Assembly: GCF_003704095.1 (NCBI RefSeq)
Contig: NW_020845300.1
Span: forward strand, 558,001 to 622,000
Reading direction: 5' to 3'
From: Pocillopora damicornis
Lineage: Eukaryota
Length of the DNA stretch: 64,000 nt
This document shows, piece by piece, positions 1-12,000 of this stretch (position 1 is its first letter; every line of letters starts with the position of its first letter). Both the position numbers and the translations under genes were made by a program. The notes under the pieces were generated by a model, which was not told the DNA's origin, made no database searches, and was given only the letters and a program-made list of their open reading frames with translations.

Positions 1-3000
1 ATGGGGTCTGTTGGAAGCTGCAGGTTCTCCCATGTCTTCAGAACAATCTGTTGAGTTGTATCACAAAATAAGATCGATTCGCACTTTACTACAGCTTTAT
101 CTGTCGTGGAAAACAATATTGAGTAAAATCGAGACTGCTAAATATAACACTCCCTACTATCGATACATTTCCTAGATTTAAATACATCGCAACACTATGA
201 CATCACAATGAAGCTAACAAACCTTTCCCTTTAGGAACTCTGGAAGGGTATGACGATCAAAGAGATGCTGATACTGGACTTTCAAACCATTATCCCTGCA
301 CACTTGCATGAAAAACTTGCCCATCCGTTTCCTGAGAGGGAAAACAAAGTAATGGGTTATTGATACATAAATAGCACGCAGATCACTGAGGGTATGAAAA
401 AAAATCCGTCAAGTTAAAATTGAATGTATTTACTGTCACTACTAATCAAAAATCACTCTAGTCACTTTTAACCCTTTTCATTATAACATCAATATGCGTA
501 TTCTTCATACTGTTCTTTATACATTCCCTAAGGTGGTGACACGGAGAATTTTTTTATCAATCAAGAGCTTCTTTAGTTGGTGATAATCTCCTTTATCCTC
601 GTATCCTCGTGACCTCTGTGATTCAGAAATGATCACGAGGGAAGAATTTAGATGCCAGTCACTCTAAAGGGCCAAAGAGAGAAAAGAAACCGAGGGTTTC
701 TTGCGTAAATAGAAAAATTGGTGTTTTTTAAAGCTCTATTGAATTCAGCAAATTGCCCTACGCGTTCCTTGAAATCTTTGAGCTCAAGATCAACTGATTT
801 GGTTACCTCCTGTCGACTCCCATTGCACCACAGTAAGTTAGAAAAGCTGCTGCAGCGATACAATTGGACAGAAGAATTTCAGATGAGGTGTACTCGTCAA
901 CATACGCTTTCCATTCTCGCTCCATGTATTTCAGGCTACATGAAGTAATAATCATTCAAAAATAAGATGACATTATTAATAATAATAATAATAATAGTGA
1001 TGATGACGATAAACGAACGAAAATTTTACCAAACACAACCCATGTAACAAGAAAGGAAGGGAAGTAATTCTTTTCGTTTTCAGCTGCAAATACAACTTGA
1101 TAGAAATCTGCTATATGTTCTACTTCAAATTTTGTGTTTGTCACCTTGTGGATGGGGAGTACTCAACAACCTTTTTCAGGTACGAACTGGTGTATCATTT
1201 AGATTCCCAGAGTTCCAAATGTGTATGAGGAGAATTCGTTTTGATTTAATAATATCCATACAGAATAAGTAAGACTGTAGTTGGATTAGAATTCTTCGCA
1301 CTGATGTTGCACTTGTGGTTACGACCCAGTCCTATTGTCTAAACTCATTTCAGACATGGTCAACTCTAATTTCCTATAAGAGTTCATTGCAGTGAGTAGT
1401 TACAGATCATAATCAGGTGACACCACTATCGGTTGACGAGACAACTGCTTACCCATGTCGACCACCAACCAACACAAATAACTTCATTGCCTCTACATTC
1501 CTATATCAAATTGTCAAACAGAGAGCGTGACAGACAAACACACGAGGAGACAGATAGACGGAAAGACGGACATAGAAATCAGCAGGCAGAAAAAAAAAGG
1601 CAGATAGACACCGACAGATACGCAGAGAAACAAACAAAGACCCAGACCGACAAACTGACAGACAAATGAACAGTCAGACAGATAGAAAGACACACAGACA
1701 GATGGGTAAAGACATAAAGAGACAGATAAATGAAAAGAGAAGAAATGCGGGCAGACAAGGCAAGGAAGACAGACAGATGGATAGACAGACAGATTGACAG
1801 TTCACAAGATATCTTTACCTATGCAATAAGTCGGTAGCAGCCTTGAGCCTCTCACTACATGACCTGACATCATTGCTAAGGTCATGTTTCACCACCACTG
1901 CATCATCATACTCTTTCTGCAGCTTTGTTACAGTTTCTTGGAGATCTGGCAAGTCAGCTTCGGTCAGCTCGACTTCTGGCTCAGGCGTGTTTACCTTCAA
2001 GTAACAAAATGAGCAATAAATGGCCATATTGCATCGATGAATGAATGCGAAGAAAAAGAAAGGTATTTCGTCGAAAATTGCTGCTAAATGATTCTTTCCC
2101 TTGAGGCAGAGAGACCTTACGTCCTTATGTTAACTACTCAACCACGACTGCCAATTAAACCTATATCAATTATCCTTTCAGACTGCCAATATATTGAATT
2201 TACCAAGGTGATTTGAGTGTAATCCCACACGAGTTTGCCTACGAATTACAAAAGGTCAGAAACGCTACATCAGACAAGCCGCGTAACATTTTTCACAAGA
2301 ATTTTATAATTCTGTCGGGTTTCCTTGATGTTCCTGTTTGGGGAAATGATTTTCAAAACCTTTCCTTGCCTTTTCCTTTTCTTTGTTTTCTGCATATTGA
2401 TCGATTTCAGCTCGTCTCTCATCCTCTTCGCGTTCCGTCATCAGCTCTTCCAAGGTATCGCAAGCCTTTTTGTAAGGATGGTACCGACTTGTGTACTCCA
2501 CTAAAGCAACAGTGTACTCCACGAGAACCGCAGCATCCTCTGATGAATATTTAGCTGCTGTGATGGTGATTCCTTGTGGTTTCTTTTCTGTTTAAAAATA
2601 ATAAGAAATTGGGAAAATTTATGGAGAAAAACAGACCACTGAAAAGCTATTAACTACCAATCGTTATTTCGAGATTTTCCTTTAACAGATAATTTTTAAC
2701 TTAAAAGTCTCTGATGTATTATGAAATTTCTACGTTTCGTCATGGCCCTATCTTACATGCCTACTGGTCTCTTTCTATCAGAGTTTATCTCGCTTTCAAT
2801 GTAAAGTGAATGGAGTGTTTCTTCTGCGATAGGACGGGATGCTGCTCATCTATCGCCAGTAACCCCTCCCTCTCAATTCATGATGTTTCCATCAAAGTTC
2901 CCGACCATTCACTCAAACTTCTTGGTGGAGCGCGGCGCTCCACGAGTGAAGACGTTTGCAACAGATTAAATCAAAGTGACCACACAAGGGCTCATATCTG

Positions 3001-6000
3001 AACCTTTTCATTAATAGTTAAGCGTACTTAATCCGCCGAATCCAGGAATGAAGGACCTTCAATAACTGTCTTACATCGAAATCTTCGGTTTACAAAGAGG
3101 CTTCGGTTTGAAGACACGTTAAAGAGAATAGTCAAAGAAAATGGTACGTGTTCTGCGTTATGTCTAACCTTCGCCGGCCGTTTCCTGCTAGCAAACTATA
3201 AACTCACTAACTCAAACTAATATTACCTGGGGTAATCATTGTTCGACCGGGGGAAGACTGGTAAGTACTCGCACTGGCACCTGGCGCAGCAGTGCGCAGG
3301 TCACTGTCAGAGACTTCTCCGCCGCTGGAAGTGGCCAAAAAGGACTGAACACCCTTGAGGATGTCGTCGGGTAGTCCTTCTTTCCAGGGAACGTGATGTA
3401 GAGATTCGACAAACTTCTGCGAGTCGTTCATAATTTGCTGGATAGCTTTCCATGTCGAGCGGTCAACCTTACCCTCGGCATTCACTCCTATGATTGAGAA
3501 AAGTGAAATATTGATGAAAGGAAGAAANNNNNNNNNNNNNNNNNNNNNNNNNNNNNNNNNNNNNNNNNNNNNNNNNNNNNNNNNNNNNNNNNNNNNNNNN
3601 NNNNNNNNNNNNNNNNNNNNNNNNNNNAAAGAAAGAAAGAAAGAAAGGCGATTTAGCAACAAATTTGAAAAATGACACAATTAAGATAAAAAGCTTAGTA
3701 AGTAAGACGCACATTTAGAAAAGAAATGATTTCATACCCAAGAGTGGAGCCTGTGCTCCTCCCTTCTGAGATTGTTCCTTGAAGCCCCGTTTCTTGTGTG
3801 GCGCGGAGCTCGCGCGAGACGCCTCATCTGACCCAGTCCCTAGAGAAGAACTATGATCTCCTCTCCGATCGTGCCTAGTCGGGGGTGGAAGGGTGGATCC
3901 CGCTCCTCCGATACCCGGAGCAAACTCCGGTCTACCCAGTAACACCATTACCATCACCATAACCATACCGGCCATAGGCGGGGGGCTTTGAAAAGCTCTG
4001 AGGCGCTCGCATAAAGATCTGTCAACCTTATGCATCCAGTGTTTAACCTACATACAACATAGATACGGTTAGATTATGTATTGCAAACCCAGCGAAACGT
4101 AGCTACCCAAGGATCATCGGTCATCCCAGTGGTTACTAGGAATATAGCTATCCCAGGAAATTCGACGGTAGCCATTAACTCTCCCGGATGGAGGGAGGCA
4201 TTGTGTGAATCTATCCACCAAGGATTTACGACAGTCAATCAAGCGACTAAAAACTCTGCAGTGAATTTCTAAGGCTACTTTCGCCACCTATTTGTTGGAA
4301 AATAACATCACAATGGGCAAATTCTTATCAAATTTGAGAGTCAATGGGAGGAATCACTTTTGCTGAACCAACCTGCTCCTCAGATTTCTTCAAAGCCACT
4401 TTAGTTTCCTTTACTTCGTCCTCTGCGTGAGAAATCGCCTCCAGTACCTTCAATTGGCGGCTCTTTATGTTGGTTTTCTTCAGTTTCTCAAACTCTTCAT
4501 CTAACTCGTCCGCTTCATCATCCTACCGCGCACAATCAAATGGAGACGAAATGTAAGAATAACCATGATATTGGAGTACGAGTGAGGCCTTAAACTACCG
4601 CTAAAATCAAACGCTAACAATCGGAGTAATTGATAAACAAATATATGACTGAACAAACGAACAGACTGATTAATTAACAAAGGAACAAATTAAGGGGCTA
4701 AGTTTCTCAAAAAAACTGTGGTTCTGCTTTGGTGGGAGAGTATAACAAGGTACATACTATTATCAACTGAGTTGATAACGTAAATTGGCCACCGTTAAGA
4801 GTTTCAAAGCTGAGGTTTCAAGCGTTAGTCCTTCATCAGAGAGAATGATCGAACGAATGATTTCGTTCGAGCGAATGATTTCGCTCTAACGAAGGGCTTA
4901 AGCTCGAAACGTCGGCTTTGAAACTCTAAACGGTAGCCAATTAACGCTATCAGCTCTGTTGATAATTCCAAATTACCTTGTAATAAACGGACAGACGGAC
5001 ATTTGACAAACGAACACAAAAACCAACGATTTTATGAATAACAGCGTGAGTCAAGAAAAGATTGAGCGAGCAAGAGGCAAATACCACAAACAGGGAGACT
5101 CAACATCCGTTTTACCGTTCACAACGTCCTAAAATGCCTGCATTCTCACATCAGAAGCAAGCATAATCAAACACAAAAGGAAAAAGAAGGAGAAATATAG
5201 ACAAGTAGAGAAATTGGCTTAGTTTCGGCTTTCCACCACATAACTGTTATAAAATGGAAATTTCTTTTACTTAAAAACACTACCCCTTTAACTATAAAGA
5301 TAACAATAAAAGCAGCACAAGAGTATGAAACACTCAGCCGTTGAATAGGCTCCGGTTGAAAGGACCGGGGAGAAATTGGCTTCAAGTAAAGCGGCCGGCG
5401 GGGAAGAGGGTCAGGGGAAGAAGAGCGCCTACCCCACCCTACCCTTCTCTCGCTCTTTTTCGTCCTATTTTACTCTTCACCCCATCCTCGATTAAACAAC
5501 CTGTTCACAGACTATAAACAATGAGAATCAAGAAACCTGCAATAGAGCTAAGTCATCGTCTTCAATCTCGCTATCAATGAGTGCAACAAACGCACTTAAA
5601 GTGGCACTGCCGATACCAAGTTTAGCTTTAAGTTTCTCAAGCGCTGTAGCTTTGGCAGTGAGGGCTTCCAGCAACTCATCTGATTTGACCGTAGCAACAG
5701 ACAACTTCTTTTTGGTGTCTGAAATCACGTCCTTGATCACCACGGAATCTTGTCGTGTTAGCTCCAGGGTCGCCACGGCACGGCTGACGAAAATAGAGGA
5801 AGAGAAGGTAAGAATACGGACATAATGAGTGAGCTGACTCACGTTAAGCAGATCAAAAGAAAGACAGGAATTAATACGAGTGTTTTTCCCCAAACTGTGA
5901 ACATGCACAAATAACTTAATCAAATTAATGCAACCATTAGAGAAATTTGATTTAAGTGCGTGCAAAGATCAACGGTTCTTAAACTGAGGGAAGCGGAATC

Positions 6001-9000
6001 CTTAAAAAAATAACCAAAACAACGACAAGAGCTACCTTTAGGTAGCATGTCGTACACATGATCGTATCCTTGTGTTTTTGTTTTGGATTAAAATTTCGTG
6101 TCGATATTAAATCTTTGGAAATGACAAAATAATGGTAAATTATGCTAAGAGGTGGTGAAAAAATTATATTAATTATATAAACTGTTGCAAATATTTTCCC
6201 CTTTAATAGAATGTAATACGTACTGCAAACTGAGACTTTGTTCAAACGTTCACATCGACTTACGTGAGTTGATCAACTCGTTCGTTTGCCTCCTTTCTCT
6301 TGTCTCTAAAGATGTGTCTAAAGCAGTGCATGAACTGTATATACGTGGTAGGCCCGACAAATACGTCCCCGATTATGTTGGATCCTCCGTTGTCTTGATG
6401 CTTCAAGTTAATCTTCTCCAGTAGGATTGACAGCGAGCGCGGTTCGCTTGCGCTGGGTTCTTCTGGAGGAGACTCGGCTCTGGTCAAGAGATGGTCGTCC
6501 CCGGCCCAGGGGATCTGGTGACACTCTCTTAACACGTGACCATGAATGGTGGATAGGGACACAACCACTTTGTCTCTGCAAAAGTATACGAGAACTTCTA
6601 CACAGTGTTTCAAAGATATATAAGTACATACAGTGTATACCGTGACAAAACGCATCGAGGTATTTAGCGTGATCCGATCGAAATTACAGAATAGTCGCAA
6701 AAGGATGATAGAAGTGACCAATCAATTCTGTCAAAATTTCTTAAAGAGATTATCATGTGCTTCTTAAACACACTAAACATGCAGTGGGAAGACACAAAGT
6801 TATTTTGCGTTCCCAGAGAATGACACTAAGTTTTGAAAAAATGTTGTTCCTTGACTTAGAAAAAGGATAGATTTCTATCTTGGAAAAACATGTAGTTCTA
6901 ACGTACTGGCTTGCTCAGAGACATATGAGGACGTATAACAAATACAGCTAAATGTTTTGATTAAATTAAAAAGCAGCCTAACGCTTTCAGATGACTAATT
7001 TGTATTTCTTGTACAAATTTGTCATCTTCTAGTTGAACCATTTCCCTCACGTTTGAACTATTTCTTTCATTTTTGTGTTTTCTTATTAATTTTATTACAG
7101 TTTTTCGCAGGTTTAGGAAAATTTTGCAAGTTACATAAAAATACTCAAAACATTGTGAAGAAGCTTTGTTAAGATCTTGTTAAAGATGTCGCTTTACGTA
7201 CCTAGTTTGTTCAGAAATATCATCAAGCACGTTGTATTTCTTAAGATAATGGCTGGCTTCTCCTTCCAAAGCGTACTGAGGCCAGTCCTTAACAAAGTCC
7301 ATTTGACAGCCATACAGGATACCAGGGTAACAACTATGAACATAAGGACAAAAGTATCATATGATTAAACCCCAATAAGTGACAAGTATCTAATCTCCTC
7401 TCCCCCCCCTCCCAACAGAATCATCTCTGAATCAAACATCACAATCACGAATGAGAGAAAAGGAAATGATCATGAACTCAAGAAGCTCTTGATTGTTTCA
7501 AAAATTAGCCTTGTAAGCACCCTGTGAAAAGAATGAGGAACAGAATGGAGAATTTGCATACTGATGTTATGGCGTAAAGGGTAAATAATGGTCAAACGAA
7601 CTCGTTTTCAAAGTTAGAACTAAGCGTGGGTGCACTTTCTATTAATCAGGCCTGGCTCAGCTGGAAGGAGAGATCCTAAGTCGTTTGAAAAAAATGCAAG
7701 AGTACACCGAAATGCAGAGTTCGTCTGGAAATGGATCTGCCAGTTTTAAAAAGCGACCATCTATATTTATTGACAGGAAACTCTGACCGGTTAGTTTTTA
7801 CTTCATGAGGCGGCCTAAGAGGTTAGGAAAATCCTGAAATTACTCAGCTTTATTTATTTTTATGTTTATCTCATGTCATACCTTGGGCCAATTCTAAGCA
7901 GCTTATGAGTGGGTGGAAGACAAAGGATGATGTGAAGATTGGCCTTCACACGAGTGATGAAAAATTTCATGGGGTCCGCCAAAAAGTTGGAGAATTTCTT
8001 CTTGATGGCTGGCATCAAAGCCTGTCAATAAAACATAAAAGAAACATTTAACACATGCGAATTTGACAAACAGGGACAATAATGGCATTAAAAAAAACCA
8101 AAAAGACTGAGGCAATATGTCAGAGGAAAACCTTACCTGCAGCAAGCTGTCTAATTCATCGACGGAGAACAACGGCGGATACTCTCCGCTGATAAGTAAA
8201 CTGTTTAACGCGTCCAAATACATGTCATCCCTTAAATCTGGTGCCTGGATAAAAACAACATGATTTTCAAATCAAAATAACACCACCATTGAAAGAAATT
8301 ATCTCACACTTAAATGGTAAACTATTTGAACAAAAAGATTTTTTGACTGTAAAGTTGATCTTAATATCTTGATTCCGCCCGAAAAGGCGATTTCGAAAAT
8401 CAAAGATAACTTTTGCATCCCTGATTTCTTTTAGACAGTTTCAGGAGGCCTGAATGACCCTTTAGACCCTGACATTTGCATGTATCTCTAAGGTGCTAAC
8501 AAGAAGAATTTGTTGAACAATTAAGAGCTTCTTCAGTTAAGGATCATTTCCTTCATTCTTGTGGCCTTAATGGTTGATTCGGGTGATATTGTAAAGAGAC
8601 ATTAGAAGCTAATCACTCTTAGCTCCAACTAGAGCATTTAGGATTCTCGACCACTGAGATTTTTTATAAAACTAGTTCACTCTGAATCTTGGTAAACAGA
8701 AACGATGTGAAATTGTTCTTCTGGAAGTTCAGGTCCACTTCTATACTTACAGTAAACAAGACAGTGGTGGTCTTTCCATCGCAGCCAGCTTGACGCACAG
8801 CAGATCTGAGTCCATCGAGGAACGTGTTTGGATAAGAACAGTCCACAGGGTGAATGGGATACTCCAGCATGTACAATGCTAAAGCTGCAAGGGAGTTGAG
8901 GTGAGTCCCTATCGACCCAATCAGCAATGCATTCCCTCTGTTAGAAAAGAATAAATTATTGAGAAAAGGAAGATTAGAGACTCACGTAAGACTCAAATCA

Positions 9001-12000
9001 GGAGAGAATGGTGTCCAGAGATTGAAATCCCCAGACAGGCCGTAAATTAGATTCCTCGTGAGTTTTGGGTGAATATGATTACGAGCTTGAGAATTTCCAA
9101 AACTGAAACAAAGGGCGCGCGAACCATGGGTTAGTTTGGCAGAAAAACACAACATCCGTGGACATTAGTGGTAGAGCGTTTTGGCGCAAACAATATCCCG
9201 ATGCATCCACAGCTTTCATAGTTTTTCAGTCAGGCAAGAACTTGATTGCGTCCGAAAATTACAAGTGAACTAACTGTGTTGATCATAGAGATCATAATGA
9301 AGCCTTGCAAGTTTCTATTGGTATGCATTCCGCGCGAACTCAAATCGTCTATTCGTAGCTAACTCCTCCGAGGATCTAAAGTTCTCTATTTCTAGATTAC
9401 TTCCGTTTCCAGAGATCTCAGGAGTGTCAAGAAATAATGAACCCCTTATCGTGAATTTTCCTCACGTGGAGATCCAACGCAGCATGCGAGGTATTTGTAA
9501 CATAATAGGTCATTTTACAGTTGTGTACTTAGTTGCCAAGCCTTTGATTTAGAGTGAGGCTGAAGGTGACCTTGTTGTGATATAGACTAGTATCTAGTTA
9601 GCACGATAACAAAGTAATTTACATTTGAAAAGCAACAACGTTTGTATCTCAACAATTTCACCCTTAGCCTCACTCCTGCTCACCGGAAACATGGTATGAT
9701 TCTACAAATAACTTTACAGGCATAACCAAGGAATAAGGCTAATTCAGTCTTTTCATCTCTTCTTCTCTTGGCTAAAATACAGTGGTTCTGAACTCACTCA
9801 ACCAGATTTATCAAAATAAAGCGTATCAATTCCAGTATGGCAAGATTTCGATATGATTTAATTCATCAGCTGTTTACCTGTTCTTATAACTTAAGATTCT
9901 ATGCAGACGGACAACATGAAACATGACATGAGATGAGATCATTAAATCCAGTCCGCTGAACTCGTCATTGTAACGCTTCAGATAGCTTTGTAAACAAGCG
10001 GACACGTCTTCAATGTTATTTATGGCTTGAAGAAGGATCTGCAACAACAAACAAAACAAAAAGTCGAATATTCATCGCCAAATCCACGACGGAGATTGGT
10101 GCTGTCCACTACTTTAAATAAGGTTTATTTGCTTAGGATTTTCACCAAGCTTTTAACATTGCAAATGATGAGAAAGGAAAGTGTTCATATTGGAAGAAAA
10201 CCGTATAAAAAAACATTCATAATATTCATAAAAATGTCTACCCCTCTTATCTCAATAAATCTACAGCAAGGTTGGTGAATCCAGACCCCAAACTCATGTT
10301 TGGTCGAATTCCTATCTACCTGGTATGGCTCCTTTGGAGGGCTGCTGCAGTGTTAAATTTACAGTACTTCATTTCACGTGATTTCGTTTTACTTTGAAAT
10401 CTTTTCTACAACAAACCTTTGGTGCAACACGTCCCTGAGTCACAGGGCGTTGAGCGTAAAGTCCTGCATCCAGAGGAAAAGTAATAAACAGTGGAGACGG
10501 AGAATTGGCAGGAAGCTCTGGAAAGTTCTGAAGCAAAACAAAAAGAATAAGCTTATCTGCTCTGTACATAACAAACTACTGAGTCCATCAAAGCAACTTT
10601 TTTTGCAGTTGTACCTCTTTAATAATTGTTTTGAGAGTTTTCTCAAACCATTTAATATCTAATGATCGGCATATACGGTCCTTAATCACTCGTGTTACTT
10701 CATGCTGCCACAGGGATACCACGTATTCCTCATCAGCCTGCATCTCCTCTGAACAATTTTTTAACCCCTGAAATTAAAACATCCAGTAGTCACAACAAAG
10801 AAAATGCAAGTCTACTTCAACCCTACCACTCCCAGAATCTCAAGGAAAGTTCTTCCAACTAGTAACAATACACCCCAAAATTAATAATATACCTGGTTCG
10901 TATCACTTGCCTGCTTGCCAGTGCATTAGCACTGGGGGACTATTTTTTTGCGATATTCTGACACACAAAAAACAAATCTTCAACCGACGTGCTTTCACTA
11001 TGCATTTTAACTTTTTTCTTAAAGAGGATCGAGTCAACAGACTGAAACATCATTTCAATTGCCTCATTTCCAAAAGTATCTAAATATATTTAGCGATCGA
11101 TACCGTTTTCGGAGATCTCAGGAGGATCAAGAGTAATGTTACCCAGATAGAAATCCCAAGGCACGTCCATTTGTGCCCCTTCCCGTGACTCTCCCCCTCG
11201 ATTCGATCACAGCGTCAAGTATTTTTTAAAAACAATTTGGTAGCAGCAGACCAGTGTAATATAACGGTAGGAGAAAATTGTCCACGCCTGAGTAAAACAT
11301 ATCTAAGGCCATCGAGGTTTAGACGGAGTATTATCCAATGTCCATTCAATCGGCCCAATCACCACCCATGTAATACGTTTTGTTTCCAAACTCTCTTATA
11401 AAAGACGTGAACTTTTATGAAATACTAGTTATATGATGAGCTAAATTTTGATTGGCTTTTACTTTTGGAAGACAAACGCTTAAATGACGTCATCGTTAAC
11501 AACATTTTACACATTTTTTATCATTAAAAAAAAAAAAGATTCCATGTTTCCGTGAGTCTGTTCAGTAACAGATCACATATGACGTCAAAATGTGGTAAGA
11601 ACATTAGTGACACACTCGGCTGCACATCACGTGCCACGTTTTCGTTCATATCCCATTTTGAAGCCATCTGTGATCTATTACGAAACAGATGTAAAGCAAC
11701 ATGGAATTCCCTTGTTAATTAGCTAGCAACCTCCACATGTACAGTTCAAGTTGCGATTAATTTCGGAGCATGTAAGCTACCTGAAACACCCTCGTGATTT
11801 CCCTGAGATTGAACAGGTAATGACACCTTCCAGGAGTTGGCGAAGGTCTTAGTACATCCTGCAAACTGTTGAGCAGCATACACGACGCCATCACTATCTG
11901 CTCGTGAAACTCTTGTGGCAAACCCATGCCTTGATTCTGAGCCATGTTAGCCTAAACAAATGAAACAATCGAAAAGAGTCAAAATAGTTACATAGCAGAT

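Larger units (their letters stand above)
807..5783 (-). other. Dynein stalk coiled coils and microtubule-binding domain, with large insertions
   Basis: Heptad-rich CC1 (exons 5537-5783, 4373-4522), MTBD elements LRAFQSPPPMAGMVMVMVMVLLG, TWKAIQQIM..KFVESL and AAKYSSEDAAVLVEY, CC2 ending EREW..LLSNCIAAAAFLTYCGAM. Confidence 0.78.

Noticed and set aside
1433-1669. 78-aa charged ORF on the + strand
   Set aside because: Translation of the GACA microsatellite.
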